DNA of 62,934 nt, counting the filler, from Intoshia linei (taxonomy: Eukaryota; Animalia; Orthonectida), in NCBI GenBank assembly GCA_001642005.1. It is 5 parts of 5 records of this genome, joined end to end, with 100 filler letters (N's around TTAATTAATTAA, not from the genome) between each part and the next. Parts side by side here need not be neighbours in the genome. Positions count along the whole stretch, not along the records: positions 14,335 to 40,323 come from LWCA01000483.1; 4 more parts are not named here. The stretch is one strand, 5' to 3'. The translations under genes were made by a program, and so were the position numbers. Position 1 is the first letter of the stretch. The number at the start of each line of letters is the position of its first letter. Positions 25,701-38,000 of the stretch are shown piece after piece. A model generated the notes under the pieces. It was not told the DNA's origin. It saw only the letters and a program-made list of their open reading frames with translations, and made no database searches.

Positions 25701-28354
25701 GAAAGTATATTTACCTTTTTTTCAAAAATAAAAGGTTCTCTTGAATTTACGGCAGTAGAGAGTTTTGCTACTGTATATGTTGGATCGATTCTAGAAAATG
25801 TTGAAATAGATTCAATCAAGAAAAATATGATTTTTAAACTTGATGAAAAATTCACGGCTTTAAAAAATATTAGCTTTGAAGGAGTTTCTCTCTGTTTAAA
25901 AACAAAAATTGAAAAAATCAACAGAAATATTATAATTTCAAATTTTAGTCTCACTGATGGTTTATTTACATTATTATTTGGCGAACATTCAGTTGAGCCA
26001 GGTGTGCACAACGTGCGGCCGTGTGCAATCCATCTAATAATAATGAAATATATCATTTTACTTCAAATTGAAAAATTTAAATCACATTTTATTTAAGGGC
26101 TATTTAAAATATTTTAATCAAAAATTTACATTCTTGACTTTGCCCCAATTTCTCAAATATTATTTAATTAATGGTTTTAAAAGGTTAGCGAAGGGTACAC
26201 AAAATTAAGGCAGTGACAGATATTTTTTTTATGTAATTATTAATATGTACATATTTATTTTTTTATATCTTCTACTCTAATGTATCAACAAATCGGTTTT
26301 TACTAGAATTTTTTTCTGTCGTCCAATTATTATTACTTATTTATCGAAAAATTAATGATTAATGTTTTTTTATAAAAATATTAGTATAAGGGGATTTTTC
26401 AAATTTTATTAAAATCAGGTTTTTTCTTTTGGAATCAGATAGAGGAATTATTGATCTAAAAGTTTGGTAAAAGCGATTTTTTTCTTTAAGGGTTAGTAAA
26501 ATTTGGTTTTTTCTTTTGGGATCAGATATAGTAATTTTTGTTCTAAAAGTTTGGTAAAAATGGATTTTTCTAAAAAATATTGGTAAAAGGTAATTTATTC
26601 GTTAAGGGTTGGTAAAATTCTGGTTTTTTCTCAAGAGATTTTATTAAATTGGATGAAATATGCTGAAAATTTTAGATTCGCCTCCAATCATCTAAATTTT
26701 TCATATTCACATCCATGAGACGCACTGCATTAATCCTACTATTGATATTTATTCTGATTCAGATAAATGACAAATGTGGTGTTAATTTATATGAGTGAAT
26801 TAAAGATTAATTTTAATTGAAAATTATTAATTAAAACTTGCTGATATTAAAATTTAAAGAAAACTATTTTATTAGACCTAAAATTTAGGTCCAGAGTAAA
26901 CTTTCTCAATGTCGAAGTAAATTTTGTGCGGTCGTAGTATCAATGAGAAAAGTAGCATTGTGGCTGAATTGGTAGAAAGGTTGTGCACCCTGAATTGAGC
27001 GATATATTTTAAAGCAACATAATCATCCATTTGGTTATTTAATCATAATATTTATTTTTTGAAAATTTTTTTATGGTTTCTTCAATGTTTCTTAATGACA
27101 ATGACCAAAATTATGTTGGGTTTTTAATTAAATATTAATTTTTTAACCCAATTTTAAATTATTTTGAAGATAATTTTTGGGACCAAAATTATCTAGGGTT
27201 TTTAAGGGAAGTTTTTTTTACCCAATTTTTAAAGATTTGTTTACCATTTTAAGACCAAAATTATGTAGGGTTTTGAAGGGAATATTTTTAACATTTGATG
27301 GTATCATCAAAATCTTTAAAAATTTGGTAAAAAAAATAATATTCCCTTCAAAACTGTACAAAATTTTGGTTTCAAAAATTATCATCAAAATCTTTAAAAA
27401 ATGGTAGAAAACATATACCCTTAAAAACCCTTTATAATTTTGGGCCCAAAAATATCTTCAAAATAATTTAAAATTTGGTTAAAAAATTAATATTCAATTA
27501 AAAACCCAACATTATTTTGGTCTTAAAAATATACTTAAAATGTTTAAAAAATGGTAGAAAACATATTCCATTAAAAACTCTTTATTATTTTGGGTCCGAA
27601 AATATCTTCAAAATTTTTTAAAATTGGGTAAAAAAAATAATATTCACTTCAAAGCCGTACAAAATTTTAATCCCAAAAATATCTTCAAAATCTTTAATAA
27701 AATGTCGCTCCAGAAATGAATGTCTTATTATTTATAAGATTTTTTATTTTAAATCGTATAAATTAGGAAGCATTTTGGTAAATACAAATATTAATGGAAC
27801 AAGCATTGAATTGGACAGTTTTATAAATGACGTAAAATCAATGTTGGGAATGAATGAGCTGTTTAGATATTCACATTTTTCAGCTCACTTCAACTCATAT
27901 TTGGCTGTAGATGGGATTGTTGTCCAAGAAGAAATGGTATTATTACAATTTTTCTATTTTAAATTAAATATGTGTTAATTTAAAAAAAAAATTTTTATTT
28001 TTTTTTAACTGTCTACTTTTAAATGTAATATTTAGGATGATTATACTACAACGATTTTAATTGCTGTTTTAGTGCCTTTTTTCTTAATTATTATCTCTAT
28101 ATTGATTATTGTGATTATCTATTTCGTGAATCGAAATAAAAATAAATTACGTAAGTTTTATTTTATTATAATAATAATGAAGTATTTATCGTGTTATAAA
28201 ATATTTTAATACATATGTATAATGTTATTCATAAGATATTATTAAATTTTATTTAGGACCACAACGATCCTCAGTAAAGGTGGAGAGTATACTAAGTAAT
28301 GCAGGTTGTATTATTTTATAATTTTATTTAGCTGAAAATGTTGCGAAAGTTTAA
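16769..28354 (+). CDS. PKHD1L1: Fibrocystin-L (PKHD1-like 1), C-terminal half: last IPT/TIG, G8, PbH1 repeats, second G8, PbH1, TM helix, short tail
   Basis: About 20 GT-AG exons. Motifs: YIDLWSSRHTWGG...LDISTPKLSMLLIKGG, ELPIYGAKTLAIREG, ELRAEVGLLTHNI, GQAFRLGRYPVHFH, GGTHFGIWYRM, CIDMDCDAKKK, GDYRIPKTM, LESLDPDTLIRR. TM exon at 28036-28150 (ILIAVLVPFFLIIISILIIVIIYF); stop at 28352-28354. 5' exons are not in this contig. Confidence 0.95.
21659..21912 (+). mobile_element. Helitron family 5' fragment in PKHD1L1 intron
   Basis: CTTACTTATATAATATACTACGC...(GT)n...AAAGTCCACATTTCAATT matches the family 5' end. Confidence 0.7.
21990..22498 (-). mobile_element. Helitron family 5' fragment (inverted relative to the 21659 copy)
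   Basis: Reverse complement begins A|TCCTAACTTAAATAAAATATACTACGCGATTTTTGTTTG(TG)n. Three internal tandem units. Confidence 0.75.
27103..27700. repeat. Fold-back array of ~60-bp units; imperfect ~420-bp palindrome at 27103-27522
   Basis: 27103-27208 is the reverse complement of about 27418-27522. Centre TTTGATG-GTAT-CATCAAA at 27294-27311. Confidence 0.85.
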
Positions 28355-28551
28355 TTTGCATACTACATATTTATCTAAACTACACTAATATAGTATTTAT
28401 ATTTACTCTAAATACATTATTAAAAATTTAAGTGGTTTTTATATTTAATTTTACCAAGAAATATAATAATTTTTATTATTATTAATAATATGTTTATTTT
28501 ATTTCAAATTTTTCAAATTTATTATTTTGAAGACTATTACCGTAAATTATT

Positions 28552-29747
28552 TTAACAACTACAACAAATACAATTATTATAAATAATACTGATAAGAAGA
28601 AAAAAATTACTAAAATATTTAGAGTCTGGTTGTAGATATGAACCTATTATATATAAATTACTTTATTTTTCTAATATTAATAATACAGTTTAAAATTTAA
28701 GCAGCTAATTAAATTTAAATGAATATTATTACTTAATAAACTAAATGTATATAAATACAATTACAGTCACTGAATCGTCTTTTTTTGTTGTATTGGCTAT
28801 AGTTTTCATTTTTTTCGGTTCAATGAAATGAAATTTATCGTATGAAGATTTATAATTTTGTTTATAATCAAGGACATATTGCTATATAATATATTGATTA
28901 GTATGATGAACGGATTCATAGAACGATTGAATTTATTTTAACCAGTAAAATACAGTAATCTGAAAAATAGAAAATTTTTGTATTTATCATACTGGAAATT
29001 AAATTTTTCACTAAATCTTAAATAAATAAATTGTAAATAAAAAAGAATAAAATCAAAATACCGTTAAATTTTGATTAGGTAAAAGATCCGACAATTCCGG
29101 GAAAACACATAAAATATATTCATCATACATGTCTTCTAAATTTAAAATTTCATAAATATTAATACAGTAATAAAAAAACTTTGCAAGTAATTTTTTTCTT
29201 GGCAATATTTATATTGACTATCTAATACTGATTTTCGCATCATCAATAATGTGAAAACAGGTTCTAATTCCGGTGGAAACAATGAAGACTTTTTGATTAC
29301 TTCAATAATTGTCATATTAAACGGATTTTTCATAAAATTCTCTTTCAAATTTTTTAAATCTGTAGAATTCATAATGGCCATTAAATCATTTTCTGTAATG
29401 TTAAGGTTTGACTTTATATTTGAAAATAATAGTAATTTCAATGATTCTAAATTAATATCGCTAGTACCGTTTAAAAAAATTTTCGTTTTTTCAATAGTTT
29501 CGGTTAAATTTTTCAAATTCAACTTGTGGAAATTTAATTGTTTCAATTCTTGCACCTTTTTTAAAGTCTCGTTAATAGATTTAGTTATTTTGACATTGGA
29601 AATATTCATTGAATTTAAAGAATGTGTGATATTTGAAGTAATATTCAAATTTTGCAATATATTGTTTACAGATTTTTCAATTTCACTCAACGTAGGTACC
29701 ATCAAAAAAGTACCATATATAAATATGTTTAACATCCAAATTTTCAT
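28552..29747 (-). CDS. Orphan secreted or membrane-anchored, N-glycosylation-rich protein
   Basis: Signal-peptide-like MKIWMLNIFIYGTFLMVPTLS and many NxS/T sequons. Phase-consistent 44-nt intron (29179-29136) leads to exon DMYDEYILCVFPELSDLL. Probable later exons QYVLDYKQ... and a hydrophobic C-terminus LNILVIFFLLISII. The 3' exon joins are inferred. Confidence 0.6.
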
Positions 29748-30917
29748 TTTATATTTTGTTTGCGTACATTTATTTACACTCGTTCAATATAATTAAATAG
29801 CAAATTTTCATGTCATTTACATAAGCCATTAGCCTTAGGATGAGTTTAAGCTTTTTAGGGTTGTTCTGACATTTAAGGTATTTTATTAAACGTAATTCGA
29901 CATTAAAAGTATAGATCAATCATGGGTAACGTAAACTATATTAATCGGGCCAATTGTTGGTATTTATTTACCAGTTTGTGTTTTTGTTAATTAAACATTT
30001 TTATTTAGCTTCCTCGACAAAAAGTTAAATAAATAATACTAACCTCACTTAACAATAATAACTAAATAATGTTTAATTAAAATATAAATAAAACCAAATG
30101 GAATTTTAATCTAATTTTTATACTAAAGTACTATTACAGTCCAGTCGTTCTCAAAGCCCGCACAGGATAAATTTTTGTAAAAAAGAGATACATGTGTCAT
30201 AAAAAAAATTTTATTTCTAATAGGGCCAAGAATAACATAAAATATCTGGAGGAGCCATGGACAGAAAACTTGGCAGAACTAGAGTGATCCGAAGTTCGTG
30301 TTGGATCGTGTTTACAAAATTTAAATATTTTATTTTTTTTGATCAATTATATAAAGAATTGGTTTTTTTCAGACATTATAAACCCAGTCCTGCATCACAA
30401 TGAAATGTTTGTTCCGGTACAAACATTGATAAAAATTTTGTTTAAACAAATAAATCATGTAATCCAAAACATAATTATATACTTGATGTTACCGATTGTA
30501 ATCGTGATAGATTATTTTGGTTAGATTAGTTATTTAATTAACGAAGCAATACAGAATATACGATTACAATTTAAAATAATCCTAATATCAGTTGACGCTT
30601 ATATGTAATGATTTTTAGAAAATTATTTTTAAATTAAATTTAGACATTAAATTCATCTATTCATTTAAATTATTTTTATTAATTATTTATTATTTTTTTA
30701 ATGATCGATATCATTTAGTTTACAAAATTTCTCTGTTTCATATTTTTATATTAAATTTTAATCGTGTTTCGAACAAAAATTTTTTGTTTCGTTTGTACAT
30801 ATCACCTCAACGCGATCAGAACGATGCAGAACTCTAGTCAGAACCTCTGTTTTAATCAATGATTGCAACGAGTTTTACAAAATATTCTAATAATTATAAA
30901 TGTATATTATTTTTACT

Positions 30918-31110
30918 ACTTGATTGACTGTTATGTACTTCGTACAAACAGAATCTTAGCTCTGCCGAGGGCGGATTTTTTTAATTCTACCAAAAAAAAT
31001 GAATTAAATAATTAAAACTTATAAATGCTACTATTCACTATTATCAACGCTTTAAAGGAGTGGTTCCTAAACTTGTTTCACCATGATCCCGTTATTTCAC
31101 ATTACCTTTG
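30918..31110 (-). mobile_element. Helitron 3' end with adjacent embedded hAT-MITE end
   Basis: Same layout as 15989-16160: hairpin TGTAC-GAA-GTACA, terminal CAAG|T, and TTTAAAGGAGTGGTTCCTAAA. Confidence 0.65.
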
Positions 31111-31525
31111 AATTTAAAGTTAATTATTCCTACTTAATTTTATTTTGTTAACCAAACTATATTTTTTTTCAACACGCTTTTAAAATGCACTTCAAAAATT
31201 ATATTTACAAATAATTAATGAGAAAAAAAACAAAAGAAATAGATTCCATGTGTAAACATAGGTCTCTTGAGATCTTGAAATCTACAAGTTTTGTTCAATG
31301 AACATTGTTTATTCCATATAAAAATTTTATTTTCTTTCATATAAGTAAGAAATTTAGCTTTTGTTTCAATTAAGGGGCTGATTAATATTTTTTATATTAG
31401 AAAACACACCAGACAATAATTATTAGGGCCATTCAAATCGGATGCTATTAAGATGTTTTAAAGTCGTTAAGCAACGATAAATAAATATTTACATTTTACT
31501 AATTTTAAGGTTTTCGAGTCTTTAT

Positions 31526-32048
31526 TTAGATTAACTTTAACAAGTGTATTGTTATAAAATTTTTAAGATAAGTCGTATCGTTAGAAAATTTATTAAAATT
31601 ATATAAATTTTCATCTACGTTCAAGAAAAATTGATCCTTCAATAGTTTCTGAATTTTTTCCTTGGTTTCTTTAAAAATTTCATCGGTCTTGCGCCGCACT
31701 GTTGATTCAGTCGGTATTTTCATGTTTGTCTATTGATGAAGAAAATATTTAAAGCTTTTCATATTCAATTTATATATAGGTATATCTGATACCATAAAAA
31801 AAATTGCTAGGTCCTTTATAAATTCTGAATTTTTAACTTAGCTGGAATCATCGTCTATTGCAATTACCACATCTGTCACTCTCAATATGTATGGTACTTT
31901 TAGAGTGCTTCTCAATTTTACTTTTTTTAGACTTAAAGTGGCGTTGCAGTATTTACACTTAATCGCATGGTCCGTCTTTTTGTAAAAATTTAAACATATC
32001 ACAGTATATTTCTGCCAGTTCTGAATTACTGCTTCTTCTTTTTGGCAT
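31526..32048 (-). mobile_element. Decayed hAT-related (CGGBP1-like, BED finger) transposase N-terminus
   Basis: KCKYCNATL, DLAIFFMVSDIPIYKLNMKSFKYFL and KIPTESTVRR...FLNVDE, with stop codons. Confidence 0.6.
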
Positions 32049-32429
32049 AGCTATAAATTAATTATAAAATGATACTCAAAAAATTTACTTGTCAATGATA
32101 ATTTTGTTGTAAATGAAAAAGAAATTCAAAATTAAATTCAAAAGAAAACGATAAAATGTAAACAAATAAACACAATCATGTAATTCACAATGATGCAAAC
32201 TTCTTTAAGAGCATCCTCAAAATCTTGCCTAACCTAGTCATTATGCTCTATGAATGACTCTAATAATTATCAAATATAATCTGAAAATTAACACACCACA
32301 TTTCATTTGGTTGCCATCACTAGAGTAATAAATATTTTGTATCAATAATTAACAAAATCAGAAGTTTAAAACATTACGTATTTCGACATATTTCGGGTGA
32401 ATTTTACAAACATTGCTATTTTTTTTCTT

Positions 32430-32634
32430 GCTGCGTTTACGTCGGTTGACACTACAGCTCGTGGAATTTTGCTACAATGTTCCTCCACCTTTGTCTATGA
32501 TTAGTTTGGTTTCTGTTGTGCAGAGGGCGGCCATCTTGTATTGTTACATGTCGTTGGCGATATCTGTGTTCTTTTTTAAGGGTTCCACCTTGTAGGTTTA
32601 AAGTTCCAAATCTTATCTGATGTTTTGGAGCCAT
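32430..32634 (-). mobile_element. Non-LTR retrotransposon APE endonuclease N-terminal remnant
   Basis: IRFGTLNLQG, then (frameshifted) DIANDM*QYKMAALCTTETK, matching the APE TxN and ETK motifs. Confidence 0.6.
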
Positions 32635-33109
32635 TTGAGATGATTAAACAAATAATTAAGTAATTAAATAAATTATTAAATAATTAAACCAGTAGCAAAT
32701 TTCCACAATTTTGGCTTTCCTTTTTGAAAAAAAGTCGACTTTTGCCTAACAAATCGTCCGCACGGTACCTTAGTAAATATTGCTATGCATTGTAATAAAT
32801 ATAATGATTATAACAAAGTTGTACTTCAAATAATTTTAAACTTTTTGAAAATGAAAAAACCGAAGGCATGAATTTATGACATTTCCACCCATATATCTTT
32901 ATTGAAAATGTGTAGATATTCAAGCACATTTTTTTGAAATTGTAAAATGAATGTAGTAAATATCTATGGATATTTACTATTTACTAAAGATATATTGATA
33001 CTATATGTTACTATACTGTCCAAGAATCTTAATTATTATTTTAAATTATCATTGTATAATTAAACTCCTACTCGAATAATTGACTTCATTACAATGAATA
33101 TTTTTAATT

Positions 33110-33880
33110 TTATATATCAAAACATTTGAAAAATATTGGTTTATAATATATTAAAAGTTATCTTCACCGGGAATGCGTAGATTTCTGAGGTTGAAATTTT
33201 GTAATTACATCAACTGGAATAAGCTATATCAGAATAATCTCTTTTTTAAGTTGTAGGACTTAATTATTTTAAATTTTTTGTTAATATAAAACATTTCAAA
33301 AGAAAAAAATACTAAAGTGCTCTTTTTACCATGAAGGGTTGACTTTATCAGATTGTCATTTTTTGTGTGCGTTAACTGGATATAACTGTATTATCTTTAT
33401 TTTTTTTTACAATTCTAAGACTATTTTAATTTTTTAAAAAAAGGGTAATATGTGGTTTTGATGGTGAAAATGCACACTTTTTGAAGTTTCTATTTATGAT
33501 AATGCTTATGATTTTAAAAATCTATCCCAAAATTTATGTTTTATAACATATGAGGACATGATTTATTCATTTTTAACAAAGGGTAATTTTGGATTTTGAC
33601 CATGAAGTTGTTTGTTTATGATGCTGAGATATACGACAATGTTAATGATTTTAATATGCGTCCGAGAATTTATGTTTTATTAAATTTTTGGGCTGATTAT
33701 ATTTTTAAACAAAAGGGGAAATTGAGTTTGTGGCACGGAAGGAGTCAAATTCGTAAACTGAAAAATAGATATCAACATCCCTTACGAAAAATAATATTAG
33801 AAATTGGGTTTATTTAAATTCTAAGACTGAATATTTTAAATGTATACTGTAACACAGACATTCAAATTTATATAAGTAAA
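33110..33880 (-). mobile_element. Diverged Helitron family copy
   Basis: Shares GAATGCGTAGATTTCTG...TCAACTGGAATAAGCT and later blocks with 2640-3273, 37620-38000 and 61420-61880. Confidence 0.6.
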
Positions 33881-34254
33881 AAATTAAATTAATCTATAAT
33901 TATGGATGTTTGTCATAAATAATAGAAAACAAATGGATGAAAATATTAAAATTATTAATAATTATAATTTTGAGAAACTGACACATTTAAAACCAAGTAA
34001 CTCGAATTTTGTACAAAAATCAGACAGACTTTGTATTACCATCGATTTCTCAAAATAATATAAAAATGTATTTATGTCGTTTTATCAATAATTCATCTCA
34101 ATAACACCAAAACTCACAACTCCAAGTACTGTGACTCATTAACAATAAAGTGCGTGGCAAAAATAAACAGTGTAGTCATCGAAACAAATAATTTGATATC
34201 GTATTTTGAATATTGAATAACCGATTAAAAAATTATAAAAATACGCAAGAATAG

Positions 34255-37169
34255 ATGACTTCTTTCGTGAGACCACCAGACGCGCACATATTTCGACCAT
34301 CAGAAGCAGAATTTGAAAACCCATTTAGTTACTTTGAAAAAATAAAATGGGCGGGTGAACGTTACGGCATCATCAAAATTATTCCACCTGATAATTGGAA
34401 ACCAACCAATTTAATAAATAAAAATACATTTAAATTTAATCCTCGAAAACAAGATTTATCTAAATTAGAAGCCCATTCTAGAATGGTAAAAATTCTTGTA
34501 GCAAAAATGAAAATATTGCATGATTTAAATATTGGATACAATTTCGATCAAATAAAAAAATTGAATACAGATTTGTATAACTTGCAATGTAATGTGGATA
34601 AAATTGGATATTTTAAAATTTATAATTGGAACGACACAAACAAATTATTCAACAAGGATGAACCACTATATTCGGCAAAAAATATTTATGAAACATTTCT
34701 TTTACCTCTCAAAATTATTGAAAATCTGAATTTCAAGAATTTGTCTATTAAAAAAAGGCGAAATATAAAACATTCAATAGAGTCTACTTCAATTAAAGAT
34801 TTACAAAATGTAAAAATTCCGATTAAAAGATACAAAATGGACGATTTACATTGTTGCCAGTTTTCTTTCGAGGTTTTTGGTAACTTGAGCGATTTTGATG
34901 AAAATATTGTACACTGTCCGGATTGTTTATATGAATATCACTTGGGGTGTCTTTTCTGGAAAAATGTCTCTCAATGTCCGTATTGTATACACATCAAATA
35001 TTGCAAAATGTTTCGTCAAGATGATATGATTTATTCTTTTGTCATGTCCGAAAAAGAATATAATTTATCTTTATTTAAACGGAAGGCAAATGAATTTAAA
35101 AAAAAGATTTTTCCCCGTCATGGTATACCGTCATCAGAACAAATGGAAAAAGCTTACTGGAATATTTTACTTAATGACCCCAACGAATATATCGTCGAAT
35201 ATGGAGCTGATTTAAAAATTGGAATTAACTGCAAAAGTGGATTTCCCATTTTAGCCAATGCTAAAAGTTTGGAAGAAAAGAAATACGCCGTTCATCCATG
35301 GAATTTAAATAATATTTCCGTTAATGATCAATGTATGTTAAAATTTGTGGATACTGAAATTTCTGGAATGATTACTCCATGGCTTTATGTGGGTATGTGT
35401 TTTTCAACGTTTTGTTGGCATACTGAAGATCATTGGACTAATTCAATTAATTATAATCATACTGGGGCTATAAAAAGATGGTACGGAATTCCGGGATCAC
35501 ATGCTGTCAAATTTGAAAACTGTTTGTATAGTATTGCTCCAGAACTTAAAGATATGTCACCTGATATAGTTCATCACATTACAACAATGATAAATCCTAC
35601 ATTTTTGATGAATAGTGGTGTAGAGGTTTATGGTATCGACCAAAAATGTGGAGAATTTGTAATTACTTTTCCCAGGGCTTATCATGGTGGTTTTAATCAA
35701 GGATTCAATGTAGCGGAAGCTGTCAACTTTTGTGACGTCTCTTGGTTACATATGGGTAAAAGGTGCATTGATAATTACAAAATATTGAAGAGAAAAAACA
35801 TATTTTGTTATGAATTGCTAGTTACGAATATAGTTGAGCAATGCTGTTCAGGGAAGAATGTTGTCGATTCTCATATCGCCAGATATGTTGCATTGTTTTT
35901 TAAAGAACTTGTATCCCAAAGACGTGAAATTTATCTTGAAATTAAACAACAGATAGTAAAAAAGAATAAACGAAACATGTATCCCGAGTATAAGGACAAT
36001 TTAAACATGTGCTGTATTTGTAAAACATATATATTTCTCTTGGGAGTAGAATGTGACAAATGCAACCGTAAAAAAGATGAAAAAAATTTTAAATTGGCCT
36101 GTCATTTACACTACACAGACATGTGCAGTTGTGAAATGATATTTAAAAAAGTTGTATACAGATACACTGAATATGAGTTAAACAACATGGTGGACATATT
36201 GGAAGATTTATTTATAAATCATTTGGATGACGGAGAAAAAATACACCTTGAAAATATTGCCACTTATCCCATCTTTTTAGAACCTATTTGCATGACGGAT
36301 TTAAATGCTGATTTGAACTGTTCAATTGATTCGTTATTTAAATATTTTGAAAAAAGATTGGAAATGAAAACATTATTGTAATTTTCATTTCATTTGTATT
36401 GTAAATATAATTATCATTTTCAGAAATTCGTCGGAAATAAACCCTGAAACAATTTTAAAATATTATCAAACTAATTGCATCCCCTTCTCAAAAATTGCTG
36501 AATTTAATCAAACAAATCTTAAAATGAATTATCATAAATTGTTTCACTACCGCAATACTGAATTGATGGTAATTCCTCCATAATTCATGTTATAAATATA
36601 TCATAGTCCATTAACATTGATTACAATACATTAAATAAAATGACATTCACGGAAGATTTAGAATCTTTTAAAATGTTAAATTTTATCAAAGCAGTTCAAA
36701 ATCTTATTATTTCTGATGCCGCAAATACATTAATCCAGGTTTATTTTATATTTTTATTTGTTATTTTATTATTTAGTGTTTTTCGAAAAAAATGTGGATC
36801 GATAATGTCAAAAATACCATGAATAACTCTTGTACACTTGATGATTTACTAGCTTTAAAATTATTCAGTGTTAATATTTCCGAAAAGGAAACTGATCAAG
36901 TTTGTAAACTAAAAACATTAATACATGAAACCATATCATTTTGTAAGGAAATTGAAAATCAATGCAAAATGTGTTTGGATTTGTATTTATTTTTTTTATT
37001 TTGTTGACTCATTTTTAGAAATTATGATGATGAAAAAATTGAAAATATTATCAAGAAAATTGAATCCAATATTTATTACAATCCACACATAATTATTGAT
37101 TCGTATTGTACATTAAAAGATAGGATTGACTATATTAAGATTATTAGTGTCAAACGTGTTAATAAATAA
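34255..37169 (+). CDS. KDM5: Lysine-specific demethylase 5 (JARID1/lid family)
   Basis: JmjN (IFRPSEAEFENP..YGIIKIIPP), PHD remnant, JmjC PWLYVGMCFSTFCWHTEDH...FPRAYHGGFNQGFNVAEAVNF with HxE..H intact, and C5HC2. Further exons 36424-36568, 36607-36738, 36777-36982 and 37019- encode a PLU-1-like region. The 3' end is uncertain. Confidence 0.93.
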
Positions 37170-37619
37170 CAGGTTTTTTAGAGAATTATTTATCTTTATA
37201 CTAAAATTTAGATTTATTTTAGAGTTCATTAACATCTTTAATAATTTTTTGTAATATATGTTGTTATACAATAAACTAATGTAAGTACGTTTTCTTGTTC
37301 TCGTTCAATACTGTCGTGTATACATATATTTGTTAAGTTTTTTTGTGAATTCTTTTTTAAGATTTTTTTTATCAAACTTTAATTTTTTTTAATAACCAAA
37401 GTTAAATTTTTAATTTGTACAAATTGCTTTATTGCTTCAGTTAAAGTTTAAAAACAACATTACTGTTTGATAAAAAAAAATCTTAAAACCCTTGAATGTT
37501 TAATAAAAAAATTAATATGAAAACTTAAACAAAATGAAATTTACTCGTCAAAAAAGAATATTATTCTGTAAGGCTTATATTTAGTAAGGACTTATAACTT
37601 AGTAGGATGAATGTTTACA

Positions 37620-38000
37620 TTTTTAATTTTAATCCAAACATTTGAAAAATATTGGTTGATAATATATTAAAAGTTATTTTTCACTGGAAATGCGTAGATT
37701 TCTGTGGTTAAAATTTTTGTCTATATCAAATGGAATAAGCTGTATTAGAATAATATTTATTTTTAATTGTAGGACCGAAAAGTTAATTATTTCAAATTTT
37801 TATATATATAAAAAATAAATATTAAAGTACTGTTTTGACCGTAAAGGGTCACTTTTTATGATTAAAATTTGTTGTGTGTGTTAACTGTATCATCTGTAAT
37901 TTTTTTTAAAATTCTAAGCTGTTTTTATTTAAAAAAAAGGGTCATCTGGGGTTTTTATCGTGAAAATTATGTTTTTTTAGGTTTCCATTTATGAGAATGC
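37620..38000 (-). mobile_element. Diverged Helitron family copy
   Basis: Co-linear with 33110-33510 and 2640-3030. Confidence 0.6.

Noticed and set aside
26950-27005. tRNA-like A-box TGGCTGAATTGGTAGAAAGG
   Set aside because: No B-box/T-arm or acceptor stem found. At most a SINE relic.
29251-29796. 181-aa plus-strand ORF (and the 148-aa minus ORF at 25610-26056)
   Set aside because: Antisense shadows of real exons in AT-rich coding DNA.
30240-30310. Possible RTE LINE 3' end (AMDRK..R)
   Set aside because: Too short, with no tail or TSD.
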